DNA of 64,000 nt, taken from contig JAOZRE010000002.1 in the NCBI GenBank assembly GCA_029940215.1, forward strand, positions 1,433 to 65,432, given 5' to 3'. Under the pieces are notes generated by a model. It was not told the DNA's origin. It was given only the letters and a program-made list of their open reading frames with translations, and ran no database searches. Positions 40,379 through 49,786 of the stretch are shown here, in pieces. The stretch's first letter is position 1. Each line of letters starts with the position of its first letter. Position numbers and translations under genes: made by a program. This DNA is from a bacterium. Its GTDB lineage: Bacteria > SAR324 > XYD2-FULL-50-16.

Positions 40379-42043
40379 CTATGACTTGAGTTTTGCAGCT
40401 TCCTCTTCACGAAGAACCTTTCTCAGAATTTTACCCACAGCGGACTTGGGCAGTTCATCTCTGAATTCCACCATCTTGGGCACCTTATAAACCGCCAGTT
40501 TTTCCTTGCAGAAATCGATGATCTCCTGCTCAGTACAGGTTTCGCCCTGAGCCAGAACGACATAGGCCTTTACGGTTTCACCACGGTACTCGTGTGGAAT
40601 CCCGACAGAGATGGCGTCAGCCACCTTGGGATGCTGGTACAGCACCTCATCGATATCACGGGGATAGATATTATAACCACCTGCAATAATCATATCCTTC
40701 TTCCGGTCAACAATAAAGAAATAGCCATCTTCATCCATAATGGCGACATCACCAGTAGAGAGCCAACCATCTTTGAGCTCTGCAGCTGTTTTTTCCGGGG
40801 CATCCCAGTACTCTCTCATCACCACAGGCCCTTTCACGAGCAGTTCCCCCGGCTCACCGATCGGAACCTCTTTTTCTCCGGTTTCGATATCCACCAGCTT
40901 GGCATCCATCATGGGCAAGGGGATTCCGATAGAGCCTTGCTTTTTCAACCCCAGAATGGGATTTCCAATTCCAATAGAGGTTGTTTCACTCATTCCCCAG
41001 CCTTCGCCGTACTGAATACCCAGATTTTCCACTTTTTCGATCAGATCCATTGGAATGGGGCCACCCCCGTTGTTGAGCAGGTCAATCTTTTTCGCCAGGT
41101 CAATCTCAGCCGCCTTGGGATGGCTGACAACAGCATTGATCATGGTCGGGACCGCCGGGAAAAATGTGATGCGATCAATTCCGGCCAACAGGTCCATGAA
41201 GGGATCGATCTCAAACCGGGGCACGATGTACATGGTGGCACAGTTGAGCATGGCCCAGTTCAGACAGACAATATTGGCATAGACATGGAAAAACGGCAGC
41301 GCCACCAAAACAGTTCTTCTTTCCGGAGGAGTCAATTCAATGACTGCTGACCCCCAGAGTTTAATCATAAAAGTTGCTGAAACCATATTCCGCTGAGTTA
41401 GAAGCGCCCCTTTAGGAATACCGGTTGTTCCACCAGTAAACTGAACCATAGCCGGATCATCCTGGCCGATTTCTACCTTTGGCTTACTGTTGTTGGTGCT
41501 GCCGTCCAGAAGTTGTGAAAAGTGAAACCAGCCCTCCTCAAGTTGCAGACTTTCAGGCGTGCTGACTTCAGCACCATCCATAAAATCAAAGACCGATGTG
41601 GCGATAACCCGCTCAATCTTGGTCCGCTTGCAAACCTCTTTGATCACCGGTACGGTCATATCAAAGGTCAGCAATGTGGAAACACCTGTCTGCTCAATCA
41701 GTGGCACCAGTTCATCAGGAGTGTATAGTGGACTGAAATTAACGATAACAGCTCCGATTGACATGGCGGCATAGTACGCAATTGGGTACTGAGGGACATT
41801 GGGGAGGTGAATACCAAACCGGTCTCCCTGCTTGATACCCATTTCCAGAAAGGCATTGGCCATTCTGAGGGACATCTGCCGCAGATCAAAAAAGGATATC
41901 TCAGAACCATAATAGTTGATCGCTGCCTTATCCGGGTATGCGTTGGCAGAGATACCCAGCATATCAAACACGGTAATACGGGGAATTCGATAACTGGTTT
42001 CGACGTTGTAATCGTAATGCTGGTGCCACAATCGCTCTTCCAT
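40379..42043 (-). CDS. fadD: Long-chain-fatty-acid--CoA ligase (FadD-like)
   Basis: FTGGTTGIPKG, EGWGMSET, TGD, DRKKDMI, PKSAVGKILR. Confidence 0.88.
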   Translation of the reverse strand: MEERLWHQHYDYNVETSYRIPRITVFDMLGISANAYPDKAAINYYGSEISFFDLRQMSLRMANAFLEMGIKQGDRFGIHLPNVPQYPIAYYAAMSIGAVIVNFSPLYTPDELVPLIEQTGVSTLLTFDMTVPVIKEVCKRTKIERVIATSVFDFMDGAEVSTPESLQLEEGWFHFSQLLDGSTNNSKPKVEIGQDDPAMVQFTGGTTGIPKGALLTQRNMVSATFMIKLWGSAVIELTPPERRTVLVALPFFHVYANIVCLNWAMLNCATMYIVPRFEIDPFMDLLAGIDRITFFPAVPTMINAVVSHPKAAEIDLAKKIDLLNNGGGPIPMDLIEKVENLGIQYGEGWGMSETTSIGIGNPILGLKKQGSIGIPLPMMDAKLVDIETGEKEVPIGEPGELLVKGPVVMREYWDAPEKTAAELKDGWLSTGDVAIMDEDGYFFIVDRKKDMIIAGGYNIYPRDIDEVLYQHPKVADAISVGIPHEYRGETVKAYVVLAQGETCTEQEIIDFCKEKLAVYKVPKMVEFRDELPKSAVGKILRKVLREEEAAKLKS

Positions 42044-42188
42044 TTCTTCTCCTGACTATTGATTGTTCATGTTTCAGTCCCCCAATTAACAGGAGGATCA
42101 CAGATCGCGCAAACAAGCGCTATTAATGCCTGAGGCATTTTAAGTTCAGTATTATTCCATCTGAACCATATCACGGGTCACTCTGCGT

Positions 42189-42896
42189 TCAAACAGTCTG
42201 CAGATAGTATGACTCGATCCATTCGATGATATTAGCCGCGTATTCCTCTACGGTTGTGCCCCGTTTTGCGTACTTTCCCCTCTTCAGATACCAGTCCTGA
42301 ATCATGGCCTTGATCACACTGGCTGCCAGTTGATGATCCCGATTCCGGACCAGGCCCTTTTTCTCACCTTCATTCAAGGCATCCACAATAGCCTTTTCCG
42401 TATTGAGTTCAGCCTGAATGTACTTCTCTCTCTCTCTTCTGGCCAGGTTTTTTGCCTCCATATAGGAGAAAAAAAACCAGGGCTGCAGCATTTCGCTGAT
42501 ATAGAGATGCGTCCGGATATAAACCCGCAGTTTATCAAGCGGATCCTTCACCTTGGCCACGCTCTCATTTAGCAAGATTCCAATCTGATAGTTTCCAACC
42601 CTTTCCAGGGTGTTCAGCAGCTCTTCCTTAGTGGCAAAATAGGAATAAAGAGCTCCCATGCTCAGACCGGACTCCATACTCAGATCCCGCATGGTCATGC
42701 CCTGAAAACCTTTGCGTGTGCATATTCGGAAGGTTGCTTCAAATATCTTCTCCAGATTCTTGATCGCGACCTTCTCCTTCTTGATGCGGGTACTTTTGCA
42801 ATCCTCGATGAAAGCCTGCCGGTAGAAATCCTCCTTCCGGAAGGATGTCTCTTTTAGATAGGATTGATAATCTGTTGATTTGTCGTCGTTGCTCAA
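42189..42896 (-). CDS. TetR/AcrR-family regulator (paralogue 1)
   Basis: KGFQGMTMRDLSMESGLSMGALYSYF HTH; TTG start. Confidence 0.9.
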   Translation of the reverse strand: MSNDDKSTDYQSYLKETSFRKEDFYRQAFIEDCKSTRIKKEKVAIKNLEKIFEATFRICTRKGFQGMTMRDLSMESGLSMGALYSYFATKEELLNTLERVGNYQIGILLNESVAKVKDPLDKLRVYIRTHLYISEMLQPWFFFSYMEAKNLARREREKYIQAELNTEKAIVDALNEGEKKGLVRNRDHQLAASVIKAMIQDWYLKRGKYAKRGTTVEEYAANIIEWIESYYLQTV

Positions 42897-43112
42897 TTTT
42901 TAACCCTGTTTACCCTTTACCCCCAAAAACAATACCGAAGTCAAGCCACTCGTTTCATTGGGAGTTCCAGTCATTTTTACTTATGGTTCACCACCCGAAA
43001 TCGCCTCCTCCCTGAAATTCCGGGATGAACTTCCCATCACCAAAATCCTGACTCTGTCGCCAGAAGTATGAGAAGCATTTCCAAAAATTGTTGTAACAGT
43101 GATCGAATTCTG

Positions 43113-43154
43113 ATGTCAAGATAAATCGAGCATATGCTCTATTTATCTTGACAT
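43113..43154. promoter_or_regulatory. 42-bp near-perfect palindrome: putative TetR operator copy 3 with outward-facing TTGACA boxes
   Basis: ATGTCAAGATAAATcGAGCATATGCTCtATTTATCTTGACAT (one mismatched pair) between divergent tetR and etfBA; plus-strand TTGACA-N17-TAATTT. Confidence 0.75.
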
Positions 43155-43262
43155 GGCTACGCTTCGGGCGTAATTTTGACATAGAGCAAGTATAAAGCAG
43201 GCAATGGACCACAGATATTATTCTGTGGTCCGACAAGAGAATGACCCACAATTCATAAAATC

Positions 43263-44045
43263 ATGAAAATACTGGTATGTGTCAAGCAGGTTCCGGAATT
43301 CGATCCGGAAGCGGAAATCGCGATCTCCGAAAATGGACAGGACATTATTTATGATCATCTGACCGCATTTCGGATAAACCGGGTAGATGAGTACGCAGTG
43401 GAAGAGGCGCTGCTGATCAAAAAGCAGCACCCAGACGCCACAATTGATGCCCTGACTGTAGGTCCGGATGACTCTGCGACTGTTGTCAGACGGGCAATGG
43501 GCATGGGAGCAAACCATGGCATCCATATCAGGACGTCAGACAGCCGCAATAGACCCGCCCATCAGGTAGCACAGTGGATTGCACAGGTGGTGCAGGATAG
43601 TGGTTACGATCTGATTCTGACCGGCGTCATGTCCGAAGACCAGATGCAAGGGCAGGTTGGGCCGATCCTGGCCGAAACCCTCAAGCAACCCTGCGCAACA
43701 TCTGTCATTAGGCAGGAGATAATGCCGGAAACAGGTGTGGTAGCTGTCGAGCGGGAAATAGAAGGTGGATTCAGAGACATTCTTGAACTGAAACTGCCTG
43801 CAGTATTGACGGTTCAATCAGGAATGAATACTCCCCGCTACCCATCCTTGTCTAACGTCATGCGGGCAAAGCGCGCCAAACTGGATATCATCGAAGTAGA
43901 CTCCCTGACCCAGGTAACGGCGATCGCACAAGCCAGTCTGGACTATCCTGAAAAAACCCGGGCAGCCAAAGTTCTGGCGGGAACAGCAGAAGAGAAAGCT
44001 AAACAGCTGTTTCACATTCTCCAGGAAAAAGCCATTTTCCCCTAA
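43263..44045 (+). CDS. etfB: Electron transfer flavoprotein beta subunit
   Basis: KILVCVKQVP, DEYAVEEAL, AMGMGA, PRYPSL. Confidence 0.92.
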   Translation: MKILVCVKQVPEFDPEAEIAISENGQDIIYDHLTAFRINRVDEYAVEEALLIKKQHPDATIDALTVGPDDSATVVRRAMGMGANHGIHIRTSDSRNRPAHQVAQWIAQVVQDSGYDLILTGVMSEDQMQGQVGPILAETLKQPCATSVIRQEIMPETGVVAVEREIEGGFRDILELKLPAVLTVQSGMNTPRYPSLSNVMRAKRAKLDIIEVDSLTQVTAIAQASLDYPEKTRAAKVLAGTAEEKAKQLFHILQEKAIFP

Positions 44046-44064
44046 AGCCTATCACAAACTGACC

Positions 44065-45048
44065 ATGAAGAAAAAAACGGCTGTTATATTCGAATCATTC
44101 CAGGAAAATCTCCGGATCGCCTCCTGGGAAGCATTGACATGTGCCATTGAGTTCTCCGAAGACGGAGTTGACGAGATCACGCTGGTCCTGATGGACGACA
44201 AACCGAAAACAAAAGCAGGGGAATTGTCCCGGCAGAGCGGATACCCCGTCATCGCGATCGACATTGGAAACGGTGGCCTGTACAATTCAGAAAGAACACT
44301 TTCCATGCTTTCCGATCTGTTCAGGAATCAGGAGACAACCCATATCTGCCTGGCAGGAACCACACAGGGACTCGATTATGCCCCGGGGCTGGCCACCCGG
44401 TTATCTAAACAATGTATGACTGCAGTCGAAAGCGTGGTAACAGAGGAGCAGAACCTTTGCCTGGCACGTGCCATCTACGGCGGGAAAATTATGGAGAAAG
44501 TGCGGGTCGATGCATCCGGAGCCGTAATTGTCACCCAGCCGGGAACCTTCAAGCCCTTCTCCGAAGAGACCTCCGGAGCGGAAGTTGTTGAGTGCCTTAC
44601 CATTGACACACCAGCGGAATCCATCCACAATGTAAAGGTCAAGCAGGTGCAGAAAGAGAGCTCAGCTCTGGCAGAAGCGCCGGTTATTATCTCAGCAGGT
44701 CGGGGAATCAAGGAGGAAGAAAACCTGGAACTGGTTCAACGCCTGGCAGCAGTTTTTACAAAATCTGCCGTTGGTGGGTCAAGGCCTATATGCGACCTGG
44801 AATGGATGGAGTACAAGCAGCAGGTCGGAATCACCGGTGCGACCGTTACGCCGGATCTTTACCTGGCCTGCGGCATATCAGGCGCTGCCCAGCATATCTC
44901 CGGCATGAGAAACTCAGGATTCATCGTATCAATCAATATCGACCCCAAAGCCGCCATCTTCAATTATTCGGATGTCTGCATTGTGGAAGATCTGACCACT
45001 TTCATCCCAACCTTCATCGAAACCGTTGAGAAACTGAAGCCCGCCTGA
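44065..45048 (+). CDS. etfA: Electron transfer flavoprotein alpha subunit
   Basis: SAGRG, VGGSRP, QVGITG, ACGISGAAQH, INIDPKAAIF. Confidence 0.92.
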   Translation: MKKKTAVIFESFQENLRIASWEALTCAIEFSEDGVDEITLVLMDDKPKTKAGELSRQSGYPVIAIDIGNGGLYNSERTLSMLSDLFRNQETTHICLAGTTQGLDYAPGLATRLSKQCMTAVESVVTEEQNLCLARAIYGGKIMEKVRVDASGAVIVTQPGTFKPFSEETSGAEVVECLTIDTPAESIHNVKVKQVQKESSALAEAPVIISAGRGIKEEENLELVQRLAAVFTKSAVGGSRPICDLEWMEYKQQVGITGATVTPDLYLACGISGAAQHISGMRNSGFIVSINIDPKAAIFNYSDVCIVEDLTTFIPTFIETVEKLKPA

Positions 45049-45096
45049 TTTCATCGGGCCGTTCGAATCATTGCCAAACAGCCAAAAAATAGCCTT

Positions 45097-45390
45097 TCAA
45101 TCGATATTGCCCAACTCGTCATATAGATCAATTTCAGGAGGTGCAGCCAGCAAAGAACCTAGTGCCCCGGACATTTCCTTGAAATGAGGTGTCGCTGAAT
45201 GAAAGTTGAGCGCATCCTGATCAGCATACTTCTCATAAAAAACAAATACAGTGGGATCTTTTTTTGATTGATGAAAATTGTACGTCAGAGTCCCTTCCTC
45301 TGTTTTAACCTGTGGCAAAATAGCCTTGACTACCTTCTCCAGTTCCGCTTCCTTCCCATCCTGAGCCTTTAGCTTGGCGATTACAATCAT
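45097..45390 (-). CDS. ABM/putative quinol monooxygenase family protein
   Basis: EEGTLTY, FVFYEKY, HSATPHF. Confidence 0.85.
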   Translation of the reverse strand: MIVIAKLKAQDGKEAELEKVVKAILPQVKTEEGTLTYNFHQSKKDPTVFVFYEKYADQDALNFHSATPHFKEMSGALGSLLAAPPEIDLYDELGNID

Positions 45391-45511
45391 GGTTCCTACC
45401 TCTGTTTAGAATGTTCACTCTCAGATTCAGAGACCACCCGACTCTCGTTCCAGATCGGACCCGATTCCGGCAGGTTGATCTCCATGGCGGTACAAATCAA
45501 CGCAGTTGATC

Positions 45512-46204
45512 TTACGGCTGTGGTTGCGCCAGGCAAAATCCCTCTACGACCCTCAGCAAATATTCCGCATATTCGTCGACCGAGACGTTCAGCTTGGCAT
45601 ATTTCCATCTTTTCAAGTACCAGTCGTTCAGCATTGCCTTGATCACAGCTGTTGTCAATTCATGGTTATGTGGTTTGAAAACCTGAAGTTTTTCACCCTG
45701 TTTGAGAATATCGGTGAAAATGCCATCACTGGTCATTTCATGCTCAACCGCGATCTTCTTTTCATCCTTGTTCAGGTTCTTCCCCTCCATATAGGTGAAA
45801 TAGAAGCGTGGCAGCATGGCTTCACTCATGAAAAGATGGGTCTTGATCACAATCTTCAGATTTTCCAGCGGACCAGCCTCTTCAGTAACTGACTGTTCCA
45901 GGATCTGCTGAAAACTGTCCCGGCCATTACGCTGCAGCATCACCAGCAGGTTTTCCTTACTCTTAAAATAAGCGTATAGCGCCCCCATACTCAACCCGGT
46001 CTCTTCACTCAGATCCCGCATACTCATGGCATGAAATCCCTTCTCATTACCAATCTTCAGTGTCGCTTCAAAAATCCTCTCCAGATTTTTAACAACCGTT
46101 TTCTCTTTCTTTACACGAATGTCTTTACGGTTTTCTGTGAACGCATCCTGTGAATTGCTCTTGGCATGCGAAACGACAATTTCCTTAAACTCTTCAAAAT
46201 TCAT
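45512..46204 (-). CDS. TetR/AcrR-family regulator (paralogue 2)
   Basis: KGFHAMSMRDLSEETGLSMGALYAYF HTH; clearly similar to 42189..42896. Confidence 0.9.
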   Translation of the reverse strand: MNFEEFKEIVVSHAKSNSQDAFTENRKDIRVKKEKTVVKNLERIFEATLKIGNEKGFHAMSMRDLSEETGLSMGALYAYFKSKENLLVMLQRNGRDSFQQILEQSVTEEAGPLENLKIVIKTHLFMSEAMLPRFYFTYMEGKNLNKDEKKIAVEHEMTSDGIFTDILKQGEKLQVFKPHNHELTTAVIKAMLNDWYLKRWKYAKLNVSVDEYAEYLLRVVEGFCLAQPQP

Positions 46205-46358
46205 GATCTATTATCAGAAAGTTTATAGCCCTGACCCGGCAGGCGCCACCCCTGCTACCATTCAACAGGCTGACCCCGGGGTTTCCTTGAGTTGGGTCCG
46301 GTATTTACCATTGCCAGACTCAATCACATAGTGATTAAATATTAAGATAAGAACAGGG

Positions 46359-46390
46359 TGTCAAGACTAAAATCGAACGTTCGCTCGTTA
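46359..46390. promoter_or_regulatory. Putative TetR operator copy 4, upstream of tetR paralogue 2
   Basis: TGTCAAgactaaaatcGAACGTTCGCTCgtta. Confidence 0.6.
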
Positions 46391-46635
46391 AAGAGGTTTC
46401 ACTTCGCTCTCGAACAGACCTTCCCGCGCCTGACTGAACCGATTTTTCCATTCAACAGTTGTCGGGAAAATAAGTTGAATATTTATTGCGATTCATCAAC
46501 ACCGATAGGAGTGAAGCGATCCATTCCATGTATTTCGTCGGCCTCTGATCAAAAGCCCTGTATTTTAATTTTAAGCCATTTACAGAGGAGCAGACCCTGC
46601 TCTCCCGTAGATAGCCGCAATATTTTCAGACAGCC

Positions 46636-47253
46636 ATGGGTTTCAAGATAGGTATCATTGCTGACAGTCACGGTGTAGCGAAAAAAATTGAGCAGTCCAT
46701 CTCATTTCTGACATCAGAGGGATGTCAGACCATTTTCCACCTGGGGGACATCTGCGATTCATTCTACCTGGCGGAAACAGCAGACTGTCTGAATCTGATG
46801 AAATGCAACCGGATTCAGGCGATCAAGGGTAATAATGATCATGTCATCACCTGTTACCACAGCACACACGAAAAGTTAAAGTTGTCCCGTGCTCAGCTTG
46901 CCTTTCTTAAACATCTCCCCCTGGTCCGTGAATATCAGAATGCTGTTTTTACCCACTCCCTGCCTTTCGAGCGCGAACTCGGGCTCTCCTGTATGATTCG
47001 TCCCCTTGATGAACTGCAGATCGATCTCTTCTTCAGGCGCTTTCCTGGCAAACTACTCTTTCGAGGGCATGGACACGACCCGGAAATAATTTCAAGGGCA
47101 TTATCTTCACTGGATCCTCAACCGTTACCAACTTCCGAAGCAATTGACCTCAGCCTGCACAATACCGCACTCATCACCTGCGGAGCGCTAACCGACAATT
47201 ACTGCGCAATCTGGCAGCCCGAAGACCGGAAGCTGTTCTCCCTGATCTTTTAA
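46636..47253 (+). CDS. Calcineurin-like metallophosphoesterase
   Basis: ADSHG, HLGD, GNND, FTHS, GHGH motifs. Confidence 0.85.
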   Translation: MGFKIGIIADSHGVAKKIEQSISFLTSEGCQTIFHLGDICDSFYLAETADCLNLMKCNRIQAIKGNNDHVITCYHSTHEKLKLSRAQLAFLKHLPLVREYQNAVFTHSLPFERELGLSCMIRPLDELQIDLFFRRFPGKLLFRGHGHDPEIISRALSSLDPQPLPTSEAIDLSLHNTALITCGALTDNYCAIWQPEDRKLFSLIF

Positions 47254-47422
47254 TATCACGGATTCTTGACAGCCATAAGTAGATTTGACATGATTATTCC
47301 ATCATCTGTTGGAATCAAATACTTTGGATCTGGCTTATCGCGGGCAGATATTGGTATCAGGGTTAGCAGGGGCCATGATTTTTATGAATTAAAACAGTGA
47401 CACACTATTGAGGAGTTATCTT

Positions 47423-48580
47423 ATGTTCGAATTGACCAAATCACAAAAGGAAATTCAGAAAGCAGCCAGGGATTTTGCTAAAGGGGAGTTTGACAAGGAG
47501 ATCGCCTACGAGCTTGAGATTACCTGTGAGTTTCCCCGTAAGATTTGGAAGAAAGCTGCCGAATTGGGTTTTCTGGGCATTCACTATCCCGAGAATTGCT
47601 CAGGGGGTGGCATGGGGTTGCTGGAGAATGTACTGATCAACGAGGCGTTTTGTCGCAATGATTGCAGTTTGGGGAGTGCTTTGGCACTGTCGACCAGCGC
47701 ATCCGAATGTATTCTTCGGTTTGGCAGTGAGGAGATGAAAAACAGCTGGCTTCCGAGGCTGGCAGAGGGAGAGGTCCTGTCAGGCCGAGCCCTGACTGAA
47801 ACCCTGCGGGGAGAAGACTACCTGAACATCCAGACGAGCGCTGAAAAAAAGGGGGACAGCTGGGTGATTAATGGTCAAAAACGGTATGTTGACAACGGGG
47901 GTGATCCGGACACCGGTTTCTATGTTGTCCTCTGCCGCACTGCAACTGTTGAGGAATCACCTGAAGAGGGACTGAGCCTGTTTCTGGTAGAATCCACTCG
48001 TTCCGGCCTGTCCACTGAACCAGCGGGTCGAAAACTGGGCAACAATCTGACCGCTACCTCCAGCCTGACCCTGAAAGGAGTAGAAATTCCTGCTGAAAAC
48101 CTGATTGGCAAAGAGGGCAGGGGATTTACCCATCTACAGGACTACTTCAATGAAAGTCGCATCATCTCAGCTGCCCGCTCACTCGGTAACGCCGCAGGCT
48201 CTTATGATCGCATGATAGAGTATGTCAAGGGACGTATTCAGTTTGGTAAAAAAATAGCTGAATTCCAGGTAAGTCAGCACAAGATTGCAGACATGGCCAC
48301 TAAAATTGAACTTGCCCGGCTGATCACATACAAGGCTGCATGGGCAGCCGATCAGAAAAAAGCCGACGATTCTCTATCCTCGATGGCCAAGTTGACAGCC
48401 GGTAGAGCGGCCGTAGAAATTGGGTCACATACTATTCAGCTATTTGGTGGATACGGATTTATGACCGAGTACGAAGTGGAGCGTTTTTACCGCGATGCCA
48501 AAGTGATCGAACTGCAGGATGGGATCAAGGACGTTCAGAAGGATATCATCGCCAAAAACGCCATCGGCAAAATTAAATAG
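47423..48580 (+). CDS. Acyl-CoA dehydrogenase family protein, degenerate catalytic/flavin-ring motifs
   Basis: ACAD motifs WVINGQK, RIQFG, QLFGGYG present; TETLRGED replaces TEPxxGSD and LQDG replaces IYEG; ATG 47423 with GAGGAG RBS. Confidence 0.88.
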   Translation: MFELTKSQKEIQKAARDFAKGEFDKEIAYELEITCEFPRKIWKKAAELGFLGIHYPENCSGGGMGLLENVLINEAFCRNDCSLGSALALSTSASECILRFGSEEMKNSWLPRLAEGEVLSGRALTETLRGEDYLNIQTSAEKKGDSWVINGQKRYVDNGGDPDTGFYVVLCRTATVEESPEEGLSLFLVESTRSGLSTEPAGRKLGNNLTATSSLTLKGVEIPAENLIGKEGRGFTHLQDYFNESRIISAARSLGNAAGSYDRMIEYVKGRIQFGKKIAEFQVSQHKIADMATKIELARLITYKAAWAADQKKADDSLSSMAKLTAGRAAVEIGSHTIQLFGGYGFMTEYEVERFYRDAKVIELQDGIKDVQKDIIAKNAIGKIK

Positions 48581-48592
48581 GGGGAAGATCAC

Positions 48593-49735
48593 ATGGGAAT
48601 TTTAAATTATACCGTTGAACATCATGACTATAGAGACCGGGTCCGAAAATTTATGGAGCAGGAGATTAGACCTAATTCTGTCCAGTGGGAGAAGGATCAC
48701 ATTGTCCCCAAAGAAGCCTGGAGAAAGATGGGGGCTGCCGGATTTCTGTGTACCTGGGTTGACAAAGCGTATGGCGGACCGGGACTGGACTTCCTCTATT
48801 CCGTCATCACCGCAGAGGAGATGACAAGGACCGGACAGACCGGTCTGGTAGCCATGCTCCACAGCGATATTGTGGTACCGTACATCGATTCATTCGGATC
48901 CGATGAGATCAAGAATAAATACCTGCCCGGTTGTGTTTCCGGGGATTGTATCACCGCTGTTGCAATGACAGAGCCAGGGGCTGGCAGTGATGTGGCATCC
49001 ATTGAGATGACAGCCGAGGATGACGGGGATGGAATCGTGCTCAATGGGTCAAAAACATTTATTTCCAATGGTATAAACTGTGACATGGTCATTGTTGCCG
49101 CTAAAGACCCGGAAGAAACGAACAAACATGCTGCTGTATCCCTCTACATTGTTGATGACGGAACGCCTGGTTTTACAAGAGGTCGTCACCTGGAAAAAAT
49201 GGGGATGCACAGCCAGGATACCGCAGAACTTTTCTTTTCCAACTGCCGGATTCCAAAGGGAAACATCCTGGGTGAAAAGGGACAGGGATTCATGATGCTG
49301 ATGCAGAAGCTGCAGCAGGAGAGACTAATATCCGCCGTAGCCGCTGTTGCCGCCATGGAAATCCTGCTCGAACAGTGTATCGATTGGGCAAAAACAACGG
49401 AGGTAGACGGCAAGCCGCTGAGCAAAAAACAGGCAATTAAATTCACCCTGGCAGAGATGGCAACTGAGACTAAAATGAACCGGGCTCTCCTTGATGACGC
49501 TATTAATGGGCACATCGCCGGTGAAGATGTCATCGCTCAAACCATGATGACCAAGTATGCCAGTTCAGAAGCCGCCAACCTGATGGCGGATCGGGCACTT
49601 GACCTGTACGGTGAATATGGGATGATTGAAGAGCTCGATGCGGTTCGCGCTTTCAGGGACCTGCGTATTACGACTATATTTGCGGGGACCACTGAAATCA
49701 TGAAAACCATCATCGCACAATCCATGGGGCTTTAG
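48593..49735 (+). CDS. Acyl-CoA dehydrogenase (LCAD-type catalytic Glu)
   Basis: AMTEPGAGSD, NGSKTFISNG, QDTAELFF, LQQERL, IFAGTTEIM. Confidence 0.9.
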   Translation: MGILNYTVEHHDYRDRVRKFMEQEIRPNSVQWEKDHIVPKEAWRKMGAAGFLCTWVDKAYGGPGLDFLYSVITAEEMTRTGQTGLVAMLHSDIVVPYIDSFGSDEIKNKYLPGCVSGDCITAVAMTEPGAGSDVASIEMTAEDDGDGIVLNGSKTFISNGINCDMVIVAAKDPEETNKHAAVSLYIVDDGTPGFTRGRHLEKMGMHSQDTAELFFSNCRIPKGNILGEKGQGFMMLMQKLQQERLISAVAAVAAMEILLEQCIDWAKTTEVDGKPLSKKQAIKFTLAEMATETKMNRALLDDAINGHIAGEDVIAQTMMTKYASSEAANLMADRALDLYGEYGMIEELDAVRAFRDLRITTIFAGTTEIMKTIIAQSMGL

Positions 49736-49786
49736 CCCTCTGATGATTCCGGTGTCAACGCAGTATCAACCTTCAGGAGGTCGACA

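Noticed and set aside
34699..41350. Long antisense ORFs such as 34699..35460 (-) and 40592..41350 (+)
   Set aside because: They lie opposite well-supported genes (mlaA, fadD) and lack motifs; typical antisense shadows.
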